A stretch of 64,000 nucleotides of DNA from Candidatus Apopatosoma intestinale (GCA_003524145.1 DODZ01000035.1:66369-130368); one strand, 5' to 3'. Numbered from the stretch's first letter, positions 25,524-36,008 are shown. Notes: a model not told the origin generated them from the sequence alone. Numbers and translations: made by a program.

Positions 25524-26007
25524 TTTTGATAGCCTCCTTTAAAATTTTTTTGGCTCTGTAAAATATTACTTTTGCCGAATTTTCGGATATGCCGAGGTTT
25601 GCGGCGATTTCCGAGAAGGGCAGGTCTGCATATATTCGCAGAAAAACAACATCCTTGTAGTTTTTCGGCAGTTCTTTTATAAAACGGTTTACCTTTTCGG
25701 CGGCGAGTTTCTTTTCCAAAACTTCATACGGCTGCGCGGAGGAATCGTCATCGCTTGTCACAAGCAGGTCGATATCGACTGTTTCCACCTTGCTTTTACG
25801 CAGGTATTTGAAATATACATTTTTCGCTATCGCGGCAAGGTAGGTGAAAATACTGCTGTTCCCCCTGAATTTATGAAAGGAAAGATATGCCTGAAAGAAA
25901 GTTTCCTGCGTCATTTCCTCGCAGAGGTCATGATTACGGCAGATTTTATAGAGGAAAGAGTAAACGCGCGGATAATATTCTTTATAAAGCTTTTCAAAAT
26001 CGTTCAT
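25510..26007 (-). CDS. ECF-type RNA polymerase sigma-70 family factor
   Basis: Start trimmed to ATG at 26007 (MNDFEKLYKEYYPRVYSFLYKI), which is preceded by AAGGAGAG. Regions 2 and 4 are recognisable (EEMTQETFFQAY; DLPFSEIAANLGISENSAKVIFYRAKKIL). Confidence 0.9.
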   Translation of the reverse strand: MNDFEKLYKEYYPRVYSFLYKICRNHDLCEEMTQETFFQAYLSFHKFRGNSSIFTYLAAIAKNVYFKYLRKSKVETVDIDLLVTSDDDSSAQPYEVLEKKLAAEKVNRFIKELPKNYKDVVFLRIYADLPFSEIAANLGISENSAKVIFYRAKKILKEAIKNDTM

Positions 26008-26078
26008 GCGCCGCTCTCCTTTCTCTTTTTTCTTCATTATAAGCCGCAAATATAACTGTGTCGTGTCCGCTTTGTAAA

Positions 26079-26915
26079 TTATTCTCCCGTGTAGAGACTT
26101 TTTAAAAGCGAAATTTCGGCGGCATAGCCGTCAAGCTCATTCGGTGTTTCGAGTATAAAAGGAAGTCCCTGCAGGGCGGGATGATTGATTATTCTTGCCA
26201 GCGCTTCCGTGCCTATCTTGCCCTCGCCTATCTTGGCATGCCTGTCTTTATGCGAAAGGAAGCCGTACATGCTGTCATTGAGATGGACGGCTTTGAGGCG
26301 CGAGAGTCCTATCACGCGGTCAAACTCCGCGAGCACGCCGTCGGGATTGCCTAAGATATCGTAGCCGCCGTCATAGATATGGCAGGTATCGAGGCAAACG
26401 CCGAGCTTGCAGCTTTTTTCCACGCGGTCGATTATCTCGCGCAGCTCCTCGAAACGCCCGCCGACCTCCGAGCCTTTTCCCGCCATTGTTTCGAGCAGGA
26501 CGGTAGTTGTCTGGGTATCGGTAAGAATCTTATTCAGCATATCGGAAATCTGCGCTATACCGGTTTCCGTCCCTTGTCCCGTATGGGCGCCGGGATGGAA
26601 ATTATAGTAGTTTCCGGGGGTGTATTCCATTCTCCTCAGGTCGTCGCGCATCGTATTTTCGGCGAAAACACGTGTTGCTTCCGCGGAAGAGCATGGGTTG
26701 AGCGTATAAGGCGCATGGGCGACGAGATTTTTTATATCGTGCTCCTCTGCAAAGGCGAGGAAAGCCGCGATATCGCCCTCGTCTATAGCCTTCGCCGCGC
26801 CTCCTCTCGGATTTCGCGTGAAGAAGGCAAATGTGCCTGCGCCTATTTTCGCGGCGGTTTTTCCCATTTCGAGATAGCCCGCCGAGGAGGAAAGATGGCA
26901 TCCTATTCTAAGCAT
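26079..26915 (-). CDS. nfo: Deoxyribonuclease IV (endonuclease IV)
   Basis: 278 aa. Contains [35 protein letters not shown] and [13 protein letters not shown], the hallmark Nfo motifs. Confidence 0.9.
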   Translation of the reverse strand: MLRIGCHLSSSAGYLEMGKTAAKIGAGTFAFFTRNPRGGAAKAIDEGDIAAFLAFAEEHDIKNLVAHAPYTLNPCSSAEATRVFAENTMRDDLRRMEYTPGNYYNFHPGAHTGQGTETGIAQISDMLNKILTDTQTTTVLLETMAGKGSEVGGRFEELREIIDRVEKSCKLGVCLDTCHIYDGGYDILGNPDGVLAEFDRVIGLSRLKAVHLNDSMYGFLSHKDRHAKIGEGKIGTEALARIINHPALQGLPFILETPNELDGYAAEISLLKSLYTGE

Positions 26916-26926
26916 AATTTTTCCTT

Positions 26927-29161
26927 TCAGCTCATTTTGGACATCTGGCGCTGAGCCATTACGAGATTATAATATATGCCCTTCTTTTCGAGCAGTTCGT
27001 TATGTGTGCCGATTTCGGCAATCTTGCCCTTGTCCAGCACAACAAGCTTTGTCGCATTTCGCAGGGTAGAGAGCCTGTGCGCTATGGCGATGGTGGTGCG
27101 GCGCTCCGTGAGCTTCTGCAGGGCATCCTGAATATTCTTTTCGGTTTCCGTGTCGAGAGAGGCTGTAGCCTCGTCGAGAATGAGAATTTTCGGATTGTGA
27201 AGCATCGCGCGGGCGATGGAAATGCGTTGCTTTTCGCCGCCGGAGAGCGTCTGTCCGCGCTCGCCGATATATGTATTATATCCGTCGGGAAGCTTCATTA
27301 TAAACTGATGTGCGCCCGAAACCTTTGACGCCGCGATGACCTCCTCGTGGGTAGCATCGGGCTTGGCATATGTGATATTGTCAAAGACGGTACCGTGGAA
27401 AAGATAATTTTCCTGAAGCACAACGCCGATATTGCGCCGCAGCATCTCCTGCGACATATCGCGTATATCCGTGCCGTCTATTTTTATCACACCGTCATCG
27501 ACATCGTAGAGACGCATGAGCAGGTTTATCAGAGTGGATTTGCCCGCGCCGCTCTTGCCGACGATGCCTATCATATCGCCCTTATGTATCTCGAGGTTGA
27601 TATTTCGCAGGACATCCGCGGAATCCTCATAGCCGAATGAAACATTCTCAAATGAGATATTGCCCTCTATCTCACCTATTCCGTTCTTTTCTCCGTCGGT
27701 GATATCGCTTGTCTCATCGAGAAGCTCAAACACCTTGGAAATCGAAGTTATAAACGAGACGAGACGGCGCGGTATATTCGTAAACCAGCGCATACGGGCA
27801 TAGATTATTGTGATATATGACGAAAACTGCATCATTGTACCGAGTGTCATCTCGCCCGAGAGAATTTTATTTCCCGCATAGTAGAGCAGGAAAAATTCAC
27901 CTATACCCATGGCAAAGTTGAGCACCGGCGAGATTATCGAGAAGAAAACATCGTTTTTTATCGAGATTTTGCGGAGCTCGTCCGCACTTGCATCATAGCG
28001 CTTAGCCTCGCTTCTCTCCATGCCGAAGCTCTTTACCACGCGGATACCGTTGAAAATATCGTGCAGTATGGTGCTTGTATTAGATGCCTTTGTCCACTGC
28101 TTGTGATAATTTCTGCGGGTGAAATTCCAGAAGGAATAGAACCCGACGAAAACGAACGGGAAGGGCAGGAATATGAGAAGTCCGAGCTTCCAGTCAAAAC
28201 GGAAGATTATCACGGAGACCCATATCATTATCGTCAGCTGATAGATAAGCTCGGGTATCATGCCGGTCAGCTGATTCTGAATTTCGCGCGTGTCGCTGTT
28301 GACGCGTTCCATCAGCTCGCCCGTCTGCTTCTTTGAAATTTTGCCGTAGGAGAGCGAGGTAATCTTGTCGAAAACGAGGGTACGCAGTCGCTTTGATATA
28401 TTGGTGCCCGCATAGGCGTTTGTGACGCCGCGAGCCATGCGGCAGAGTCTTGCCACCTGATTTGCAAGGAAAAGCCCGAGCACGACAAGCGCAAATGATT
28501 GCCATGTTATAGCTGTGGGATTCGGCGATTTGATGTAATCATCGACCATTACGGCATTGAGCCGCGGGATGAGAACATTGAGTCCCGCTGTAGCCAGTAT
28601 CATGAGGGTGGAGAGCAGGATCTTGTATTTTTCCGATGCCGCCACCTTTAAAAGGCGTCTGATATTTCCCCTTGTATCGGTGCAGTGCGAGCATATTTTT
28701 GAGCGGTTTGTATATGGACGCCCGCATTTCGGGCAGACGCTCTCGATATCCTTTTCATCACGCAAGGATATCTCTTTGCCGCCTATGTGGCGATTCATCT
28801 GCTTTGCGATGACGGAGAGCTCATGCAGCTTTGCCATGGTACTGCGGGCAAGAATCCTGTCGTGCCCCTTGTATACGCACTCAAATGTGACACAGCCGAA
28901 GTCGGCGGAATATTTGAATTCCGATATATCGGAGAGAGGAAGCTCCTCTTTGCCGCTTTCGTTATATATGGCAAGTATGTCTTCATACATTACGACAAAG
29001 CCCTGCTTAAGCTCGGAATCAAAGGTCAGGTCCGTTGCCATTATCAGCTTTATCTTATCCCCGTCGATATCGGGATCGCGCTTGCGGAGCTGTGAAATAA
29101 GGCGCTTATTTCTTTTTTCTATATTGCCGGATCCCGCATTAGGCGGCTGACCGGCAGGCAT
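26927..29161 (-). CDS. ABC exporter, fused permease/ATPase, with an N-terminal cytoplasmic domain of about 170 aa plus a zinc ribbon
   Basis: Start moved to ATG at 29161 (MPAGQPP), which follows GGAGG with an 8-nt spacer. The ORF-track start is a TTG inside the RBS. The N-domain contains PLSDIS and [18 protein letters not shown]. Six TM segments follow, then Walker [18 protein letters not shown] and [12 protein letters not shown]. Confidence 0.9.
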   Translation of the reverse strand: MPAGQPPNAGSGNIEKRNKRLISQLRKRDPDIDGDKIKLIMATDLTFDSELKQGFVVMYEDILAIYNESGKEELPLSDISEFKYSADFGCVTFECVYKGHDRILARSTMAKLHELSVIAKQMNRHIGGKEISLRDEKDIESVCPKCGRPYTNRSKICSHCTDTRGNIRRLLKVAASEKYKILLSTLMILATAGLNVLIPRLNAVMVDDYIKSPNPTAITWQSFALVVLGLFLANQVARLCRMARGVTNAYAGTNISKRLRTLVFDKITSLSYGKISKKQTGELMERVNSDTREIQNQLTGMIPELIYQLTIMIWVSVIIFRFDWKLGLLIFLPFPFVFVGFYSFWNFTRRNYHKQWTKASNTSTILHDIFNGIRVVKSFGMERSEAKRYDASADELRKISIKNDVFFSIISPVLNFAMGIGEFFLLYYAGNKILSGEMTLGTMMQFSSYITIIYARMRWFTNIPRRLVSFITSISKVFELLDETSDITDGEKNGIGEIEGNISFENVSFGYEDSADVLRNINLEIHKGDMIGIVGKSGAGKSTLINLLMRLYDVDDGVIKIDGTDIRDMSQEMLRRNIGVVLQENYLFHGTVFDNITYAKPDATHEEVIAASKVSGAHQFIMKLPDGYNTYIGERGQTLSGGEKQRISIARAMLHNPKILILDEATASLDTETEKNIQDALQKLTERRTTIAIAHRLSTLRNATKLVVLDKGKIAEIGTHNELLEKKGIYYNLVMAQRQMSKMS

Positions 29162-29207
29162 TTTATTATCCTCCAAGGAAAATCATCTCCTTTCCGTGTG
29201 AGGCTTT

Positions 29208-29747
29208 TTACAGATAGATACTGATTATGCGGCGGCTCTTTTTATCGAGCGCATCGACATCCTTTATCTCATATCTGTTTGCGTTTGAATCGGTGAGGAA
29301 GATGTGCGTGGGCGAGAGGCGTACTATACTGCGGTATGTATCGCGGAAGGTTATTTCCAGCGAGCCCGCGTCGCTCTCTATCTTCCAGTAGGAGAAGCCG
29401 AAGCGTTCCTTTATCGAATGAATTTTTGTTATCTGCGGAATGAAATATTTCTTTGCAAGCTCCGCGCGGAAAATGTCCTGCGTTGCTTCGTCAAAATCCG
29501 ATATTTTCTCTATGATTCCTATTTCCTTATTGTCGCGGTCGAGCACGGAAATATATGAAAAAGGCTCGTCATAAGGGAAGGCTCTGTGCAGGAAAACTCT
29601 GTCGTATTCCGCTTTTTCGCCGTTTTTATCGAGAGCGAGCGAAAGTATGCCGCCGCTTTCCGTAAAGTGCGAGTTATCCTTATTCAGATAGAAAAGCTCG
29701 GCTACATTTTCGAGCGAAAGCTCGTTTGTTTTTGTTTCTGTCGGCAT
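29208..29747 (-). CDS. DUF1854 domain-containing protein
   Basis: 179 aa. Contains VFLHRAFPYDEPFSYISVLD...EIGIIEKISDF...RYEIKDVDALDKKSRRII, which I recognise as the ABC-associated DUF1854 family. RBS AGGAGGG is present. Confidence 0.8.
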   Translation of the reverse strand: MPTETKTNELSLENVAELFYLNKDNSHFTESGGILSLALDKNGEKAEYDRVFLHRAFPYDEPFSYISVLDRDNKEIGIIEKISDFDEATQDIFRAELAKKYFIPQITKIHSIKERFGFSYWKIESDAGSLEITFRDTYRSIVRLSPTHIFLTDSNANRYEIKDVDALDKKSRRIISIYL

Positions 29748-29764
29748 TTTTATCCCTCCTTTTG

Positions 29765-32056
29765 TCAGCTGTCGACGCCGATATTCTTCAGCGCTTCAAG
29801 CTGGAGTCTGTAAAGCTTGTTGTAGATGCCGTCCTTCTTGGCGAGAAGCTCGTTGTGCGTTCCGGATTCGGGCATTTTGCCGTCCTCTATCACTATCAGC
29901 TTATCCGCGCCGCGCAGGGTAGAGAGCCTGTGCGCGATGATGACGGTGGTTTTATCCTTTGTGAGCGCGTCGAGCGAATTCTGGATAAGGCGCTCTGTCT
30001 GCGTGTCCATCGCCGCTGTGGCTTCATCAAGGATAAGAATCTTCGGGTCCTGAAGTATGGCGCGCGCTATGGAAACTCTCTGGCGCTCGCCGCCCGAGAG
30101 ATTTTTCTCTCCCTCACCTATCACGGTGCTGTATGCTTCGGGCAATTTCATTATGAAATCATGCGCGCCCGACATTTTTGCCGCGCGGATGACCTCCTCA
30201 TGAGTTGCATCGGGCTTAGCATATTTGATATTATCGTATATTGTGCCGATGAAAAGATAGGTCTCCTGCGAAACTATGGCGATATTTTTGCGCAGGTCGG
30301 AAAAGGCGATATCCTTTATATTTATGCCGTCTATAGTGACTTCACCGTCCTCGGGATCATAGAGACGCACGAGCAGATTTGCAAGCGTGGATTTGCCCGC
30401 GCCTGTGTGCCCGACAATGCCGAGCGTCTTGCCTGCCGGAATATCGAAAGAAACACCGTCGATTATTCTGCGGTTTTTCTCATATGAGAAAACGACATTT
30501 CTGAAGGCAACATCTCCGCGCAGATTTTCGAGATGCACGGGGTTTTCGCTCTCGCGAACCTCCGGCTCCGCATCCATTATTTCAAAAAGACGAGAAGCGG
30601 CGTTTGTAAATTCCGAGGTGAAGCCTATGACATCCACCATTCCGTCGAGCGGATTGTGCACCATGCCCGTGTATGAAATGAAAAGGGCAAGGGTACCGTA
30701 TGTCATTTTTCCCTGTATTACCATCCAGCCGCCGACGCCCCATACGAGGTATGTGCATATTGTCAGCAGGGAATAGACGCAGGGATAGACTATTGTGCCG
30801 TAGATATTTGCTTTGCGGGTATTTTCCGCGAGGCGCTTGTTTCTTGAATCAAAGCGCTTTATCTCATCCTTTTCCTTTGAGAATGCCTTCACAAGGCGGA
30901 AGCCGGTGATAACATCCGATAGCAGTGAGCTGAGACTTTTCGAGCTGGAATAGCGCTTGTTGTAGAGCTTTTCGTCCGTATCGAAGATGCGCTTTAAACA
31001 TACGATGAATACGGGAATGAGAAACAGCGCGCAGACTGAAAGGGATGCATTGGTCATAAACATTATCGCAATGATGGCGATAATCTGGATACCGTTTACG
31101 AGCACCCACGGCAACCCGTCCGTGAAGAACCAGTTCATCGAGTTTGCATCGCTGTTTACCTGCGTCATGAGCCCGCCTGTCTGCCTGTTTGTGAAGAACG
31201 AGAGAGAGAGGCGTTTTATTGCTCCGAAGATGGTTTTTCGCAGGTCATAAACTATATCTGCGCCGACTATGGACATGATAGCCTGATTTCCGATATCGAA
31301 AAGCACGGAAACTATGCGCGATATCACAATCAGTGAGATGACAAGCCCTACCTTACCGTAATACGAGCTGCCGGCGGATTTGTCGAGTACATTATCGTAG
31401 AAAAACGCTGATCCTATGTATGTGGAAGCGACGCCGAGCACCGCCATCAGTGCCATAAGAAGCACGACGACGGTTATTTTCCATTTATATCGCTTGAAGA
31501 AAATTCCCATGCGGAAGATAAGCTTGCGCTTCTCCATGCATTTCGGGCAGATTTTCCTGTTCGGATCGGGATATATCGTACCGCATTTCGGACAGCAGTT
31601 GTCCTTTTCCTTTACCTTGAAGCCTTCAAGATTGCCATGTTCCTTCAGCTCCTCTACAGCCTTTTTCATATCATAGACACTGTCCTTCGATATGTTAGAG
31701 GAGACTATCAGAGTGGCGTTTCCTCCGCCTGCCGTTCTTGCCGAGAGGCGGACGCCCGAGATGAAGGTATCGACATTCAGCCCGGAGATATCCGAGAGAG
31801 GGAATACCTCATAGCGCGTCTCACGGAAATCCGAGGCGAGAGCGCGGTGACCTTTTGCCGCAGGGTTTGCGGGAATTATAGCTGTGATTCCCTCAAGAAT
31901 TTCGAGTCTGTCCTCAAAGAGGAATGCAAATGCCTCGCGGGGCATACCGTCGCATGAGCGGTCTGTCCCGAGGGCAACGAGTATGGCATCGGTATCAACG
32001 CCCTTTTCGCGCAGAAAACCGATGGCGTTCTGTGAAAATTTATTGAGTGAAAGCAA
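29765..32056 (-). CDS. ABC exporter, fused permease/ATPase, with an N-terminal cytoplasmic domain of about 200 aa plus a zinc ribbon
   Basis: Start moved to TTG at 32056, preceded by GGAGGTG with a 5-nt spacer. The ORF-track ATG at 32116 has no RBS. The N-domain contains PLSDIS and CPKCGTIYPDPNRKICPKC. TM domain follows, then GHTGAGKST, LSGGERQR and [12 protein letters not shown]. Confidence 0.88.
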   Translation of the reverse strand: MLSLNKFSQNAIGFLREKGVDTDAILVALGTDRSCDGMPREAFAFLFEDRLEILEGITAIIPANPAAKGHRALASDFRETRYEVFPLSDISGLNVDTFISGVRLSARTAGGGNATLIVSSNISKDSVYDMKKAVEELKEHGNLEGFKVKEKDNCCPKCGTIYPDPNRKICPKCMEKRKLIFRMGIFFKRYKWKITVVVLLMALMAVLGVASTYIGSAFFYDNVLDKSAGSSYYGKVGLVISLIVISRIVSVLFDIGNQAIMSIVGADIVYDLRKTIFGAIKRLSLSFFTNRQTGGLMTQVNSDANSMNWFFTDGLPWVLVNGIQIIAIIAIMFMTNASLSVCALFLIPVFIVCLKRIFDTDEKLYNKRYSSSKSLSSLLSDVITGFRLVKAFSKEKDEIKRFDSRNKRLAENTRKANIYGTIVYPCVYSLLTICTYLVWGVGGWMVIQGKMTYGTLALFISYTGMVHNPLDGMVDVIGFTSEFTNAASRLFEIMDAEPEVRESENPVHLENLRGDVAFRNVVFSYEKNRRIIDGVSFDIPAGKTLGIVGHTGAGKSTLANLLVRLYDPEDGEVTIDGINIKDIAFSDLRKNIAIVSQETYLFIGTIYDNIKYAKPDATHEEVIRAAKMSGAHDFIMKLPEAYSTVIGEGEKNLSGGERQRVSIARAILQDPKILILDEATAAMDTQTERLIQNSLDALTKDKTTVIIAHRLSTLRGADKLIVIEDGKMPESGTHNELLAKKDGIYNKLYRLQLEALKNIGVDS

Positions 32057-32201
32057 TTTTTCACCTCCGTTTTTATCGTGCCGTGCCGCATTATACGATT
32101 GCGGTGCAAGGCACACTCAGATGTGAACGGATGAGCTGAAACGGCGCTCACCCTTTGCGTATGAAAGTCGAGTGTATTTTGAGAGACGAGGCACAGCCCG
32201 C

Positions 32202-33296
32202 TTATACATTGAAGCGGATGACGACTATATCTCCGTCCTTGAAAACATAGTCCTTTCCTTCGCTTCGGATAAGACCCTTTTCCTTGGCGGCGTTCATTGA
32301 GCCGCAAGCCATGAGGTCATCATATGAGACAACCTCGGCGCGGATGAAACCGCGCTCCATATCGGAATGAATCTTTCCGGCGGCGGCAGGAGCCTTTGTG
32401 CCGTTTTTGATAGTCCATGCGCGAACCTCCTTCGGTCCCGCCGTGAGAAAGCTTATCAGACCGAGAAGCTTGTAGCTTGCCTTGATGAGACTGTCAAGAC
32501 CGCTCTCTTTGATTCCGAGATCCTCGAGAAATGCCTTTTTGTCTTCGCCGTCAAGCTCCGCAAGCTCGCTTTCTATTTCGGCGCAGATTGTGATAAATTC
32601 TGCGCCCTCGCTGTCCGCATGGGCTTTTATCTGCTTGTATGCGTCTGTTTCCTTAAAGGAATCACCTATCTGATCTTCGCTTATGTTTCCGACATAAATG
32701 ACAGGCTTCATCGAGAGCAGCTCGACATCCGAGAGGAGCGCCAGTTCTTCGTCCGTATACTCGAGTGCACGCGCGGAAATTCCGTTTTCGAGCGCTTCCT
32801 TCACGCGCTTCAGAACAGCTATTTCAGCCGCTGCCGATTTGTCGCCCTTGAGCGCTTTTTCCGCGCGGGCAAGGCGTCTTTCGATGATTTCGATATCGGA
32901 GAAGATAAGCTCCAGGTTTATCGTTTCGATATCGCGCATGGGGTTTACATTTCCGTCGACATGGATGATATTCGGGTCGTCAAAGCAACGCACGAGATGC
33001 ACAATGGCATCGACCTCGCGGATATGAGAGAGAAATTTATTTCCCAGTCCCTCGCCCTTTGAGGCACCGCGTACAAGACCTGCGATATCCACAAATTCGA
33101 TAACGGCGGGAGTATATTTCTCCGGCTTGTACATTTTCGCAAGCTCGTCCAGACGATAATCCGGAACCGACACTACGCCGACATTCGGCTCTATCGTGCA
33201 GAACGGATAGTTTGCAGACTGTGCGCCCGCATTTGTTATTGCGTTAAAAAGGGTACTTTTCCCGACATTGGGAAGCCCGACTATTCCAAGTTTCAT
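32202..33296 (-). CDS. ychF: Redox-regulated ATPase YchF
   Basis: 364 aa. Contains MKLGIVGLPNVGKSTLFNA, DIAGLV and NVNPMRDIE, plus the C-terminal TGS-like region RAWTI..G..A...AG.IHSD...GFIRAEV. Confidence 0.95.
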   Translation of the reverse strand: MKLGIVGLPNVGKSTLFNAITNAGAQSANYPFCTIEPNVGVVSVPDYRLDELAKMYKPEKYTPAVIEFVDIAGLVRGASKGEGLGNKFLSHIREVDAIVHLVRCFDDPNIIHVDGNVNPMRDIETINLELIFSDIEIIERRLARAEKALKGDKSAAAEIAVLKRVKEALENGISARALEYTDEELALLSDVELLSMKPVIYVGNISEDQIGDSFKETDAYKQIKAHADSEGAEFITICAEIESELAELDGEDKKAFLEDLGIKESGLDSLIKASYKLLGLISFLTAGPKEVRAWTIKNGTKAPAAAGKIHSDMERGFIRAEVVSYDDLMACGSMNAAKEKGLIRSEGKDYVFKDGDIVVIRFNV

Positions 33297-33572
33297 ATTG
33301 CTTAGTCCTTTCAGTTACATATATTCGCATACGGAACTATTATATAATAATATCTTATTAAAGTCAATCGAAATCAACCGAAATTTGATGAAAAAATTTA
33401 CTGCCGCGATTTTTTTGCCGTGTTTCCCCCGCTTTTTTTTACAAAGAGTATAAATTTTCGTGAATGGAGAGTGAATAAAATGCAAAATGCCTTTACTTTT
33501 TCGCCACGTCGTGATAAAATAAAAATAAATAAAATCAAAATTCATCAGGCATAAAGAAAGGACGGAATAAAT

Positions 33573-34268
33573 ATGGCTAATTTAGGTGCAAAAATTCTCG
33601 TGATAGACGACGACCCCAATATCTGCGAGGCTGTAAGAGTTTATCTCGCAAACGAAGGCTACGAGGTCATCACGGCAAACGACGGATACGAGGGCGTGGC
33701 GTCTTTCAAGGCGTATAATCCCGACCTCGTGCTTCTTGATATAATGATGCCGAAAAAGGACGGCTGGCAGGTCTGCCGCGAAATACGCGAAGTTTCCTCC
33801 AAGCCGATAATCATGGTCACGGCAAAGGGAGAGGTCTTTGACAAGGTGCTCGGGCTGGAGCTGGGCGCGGACGATTTCATGGTGAAGCCCATAGATATGA
33901 AGGAACTCTCCGTCCGCATAAAGGCGGTACTTCGCCGCTGTCAGAGCACTGCCGATAAGGACGATGAGGAGTGCGTAAAATATGAAAATCTCGAGGTTTC
34001 GCGTCAGAAATACGAGCTGAAAATCAACGGTAAGCCCGTTGACACGCCTCCGAAGGAGCTGGAGCTGCTCTATTTTCTCGCTTCACATCCCAACCATGTT
34101 TTTACAAGAAATCAGCTTCTCGACAAGGTATGGGATTTTGATTATCTCGGCGACTCGCGCACGGTGGACGTCCATATCAAGCGTCTGCGCGAAAAGCTGG
34201 ACGGCGTCAGCGACAAATGGACGATACGAACGGTACACGGAATCGGATACAAATTTGAAGTGCTTTGA
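33573..34268 (+). CDS. OmpR-family response regulator
   Basis: 231 aa. The receiver is canonical (DDD, LLDIMMP, T at VTAKG, KP). The winged-helix output domain is also present. Confidence 0.92.
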   Translation: MANLGAKILVIDDDPNICEAVRVYLANEGYEVITANDGYEGVASFKAYNPDLVLLDIMMPKKDGWQVCREIREVSSKPIIMVTAKGEVFDKVLGLELGADDFMVKPIDMKELSVRIKAVLRRCQSTADKDDEECVKYENLEVSRQKYELKINGKPVDTPPKELELLYFLASHPNHVFTRNQLLDKVWDFDYLGDSRTVDVHIKRLREKLDGVSDKWTIRTVHGIGYKFEVL

Positions 34269-34310
34269 TAATCACAGCGTGGCTGTGTGCAGTTTTGCTT
34301 TCCGCTTTTT

Positions 34311-34517
34311 CTTTTGAAGAAGCAGGCTCAAAAGAAAAAGCTTAGAAAAAGAAAACGCCGATATTAGATTTCGCGCTCTGCGGAGCGCTGCCCAGTCTCG
34401 GCGACGGCTCACGCCTGCCTTTTAAAAAAGGCAGGAGCGAAAACTTTCGGTTGGCATTACTACGAGCACAAAATTCTAAAAGTGTAATCGGCAGAATCAA
34501 GTGGATTCTGCCTTTTG
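34311..34517 (+). other. Structured spacer of four hairpins between the response regulator and histidine kinase genes (REP/MITE-like or attenuator)
   Basis: Four hairpins: CTTTTGA...TCAAAAG (34311-34334); GCGCTC-tgcg-GAGCGC (34373-34388); CCTGCCTTTT-aa-AAAAGGCAGG (about 34414-34435); GGCAGAATC-aagtg-GATTCTGCC followed by TTTTG (34490-34517). Confidence 0.4.
34490..34517 (+). terminator. Terminator-like hairpin inside the two-component operon
   Basis: 9-bp stem GGCAGAATC/GATTCTGCC, 5-nt loop, then TTTTG. It sits 26 nt upstream of the kinase start codon. Confidence 0.45.
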
Positions 34518-34542
34518 CGGTTAATAAGCAGGGAGAAAAATT

Positions 34543-35991
34543 TTGAAAAACAGTATTTTTACAAGGTATATTTCAGCTTTTCTCATAATTATTTTCATCA
34601 GCTTCACGATACTTGTAACCGTGGTCAGCTCGATGACTATACAGTCTGAAACAAACAGCAAGAAGCAGCTCGCCATGACGACCGCCGACTATGTGACGGA
34701 ATATATCCGCATGGGTATGAACGAGATACCGGCGCCGGTTTCTTTTGAAAGATATGTGGCATATAAATCCGCGGATATTTCAAAAACAGTCAATATTCTT
34801 TCGGGTAACACCGAAAAGATGACTGTATTCATTACTACGCTTGACGGCAATGTGCTCATCTCCACAGACGGCAGCTTCTCCGGCAGGATAACCGACGGAA
34901 AATCGCTTTCCGTAATTGCGGGAGGCGAGGATTCGCTTATCTACGGCAATATGGGCGGCGTTCTCTCAAAGACGAGCGGGATATATATAAAGCATATCAT
35001 CACGCCGAGAACGAGCGACGCGGCAGGTGCAGTTGTCGTCTGCTTTTCAACCGGAGAGGCGGAGGCGTTGACCTTCAAGGCAGTGCGTACCATAGTTCTT
35101 GTCAGTCTCTGGATAATGATAGTCAGTTTCACGGCAATCTATTTCATCACGGAGCGCACGGTATCTCCGCTGAAGCAGATGAGCCGTGCGACAAAACAGT
35201 TTGCAAACGGCAAATTTGACGTGTGTATACCGGTTCGGGGAAACGATGAGATAGCCGATCTTGCCATAGCCTTCAATACCATGGCGGAATCGCTCTCGAA
35301 GCAGGAATATATGCGAAGCACATTCCTTGCCAATGTATCGCATGATCTGCGCACGCCGATGACGACGATATCGGGATTTATCGACGGAATTCTCGACGGC
35401 GCGATACCGCCGGAGAAGCAGGATTATTATCTCGGGGTGATAGCGCAGGAGGTAAGGCGTCTTTCGCGGCTTGTTTCGTCACTTCTCGACATTTCGAGAA
35501 TACAGGCGGGCGACCGCAAGTTCACAAAGGCGGATTTCGATATATGCGAAATGGCGCGTCTGATACTGATTTCCTTTGAGGCGAAAATAGACGAAAAGAA
35601 GCTCGATATAGATTTCGATGCGCCGGATGCGCTCATGGCTTATTCCGACAAGGATGCGGTTTATCAGGTGCTCTACAATATCTGCGATAACGGCATGAAA
35701 TTCTCGCGCGAGGGCGGCAAATTCCGCATAGCGATAAAAGATGACAGCGAAAATGTAGCTGTTTCCGTATATAACGAAGGAGTCGGTATATCCGAGGCGG
35801 ATTTGCCTTACGTATTCGACAGGTTCTATAAGAGCGATAAGAGCCGCGGACTGGACAAGACAGGAGTCGGGCTCGGGCTCTATATCTGCAAGACGATAAT
35901 AGACAGTCTCGGCGGCAAAATATTCGTAAAGAGCGAATACGGAAAATACTGCGAATTTACGATAATACTCGAAAAGGGCGGCAGGAGCTGA
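34543..35991 (+). CDS. Sensor histidine kinase (2 TM, HAMP, HisKA, HATPase_c)
   Basis: 482 aa. TTG start is preceded by GGGAG. Contains H-box FLANVSHDLRTP, N-box NICDNGMKFS, G1 YNEGVGI and G2 GVGLGLYI. Confidence 0.9.
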   Translation: MKNSIFTRYISAFLIIIFISFTILVTVVSSMTIQSETNSKKQLAMTTADYVTEYIRMGMNEIPAPVSFERYVAYKSADISKTVNILSGNTEKMTVFITTLDGNVLISTDGSFSGRITDGKSLSVIAGGEDSLIYGNMGGVLSKTSGIYIKHIITPRTSDAAGAVVVCFSTGEAEALTFKAVRTIVLVSLWIMIVSFTAIYFITERTVSPLKQMSRATKQFANGKFDVCIPVRGNDEIADLAIAFNTMAESLSKQEYMRSTFLANVSHDLRTPMTTISGFIDGILDGAIPPEKQDYYLGVIAQEVRRLSRLVSSLLDISRIQAGDRKFTKADFDICEMARLILISFEAKIDEKKLDIDFDAPDALMAYSDKDAVYQVLYNICDNGMKFSREGGKFRIAIKDDSENVAVSVYNEGVGISEADLPYVFDRFYKSDKSRGLDKTGVGLGLYICKTIIDSLGGKIFVKSEYGKYCEFTIILEKGGRS

Positions 35992-36008
35992 TGCGTCAAA
36001 ACAGCCTA

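Noticed and set aside
32057-32201. Possible riboswitch or leader between ychF and the first ABC gene
   Set aside because: There is only a short hairpin (CCGCA...TGCGG) and a TATAAT-like box. At 145 nt the region is too short and shows no motif I can match to a known riboswitch class.
33480-33554. 24-codon micro-ORF (MQNAFTFSPRRDKIKINKIKIHQA) with a GGAGAG RBS just upstream of the response-regulator gene
   Set aside because: It lies in a very AT-rich divergent promoter region where short ORFs arise by chance. The Lys/Ile-rich sequence reflects A/T composition. I kept it only as a remote leader-peptide possibility.
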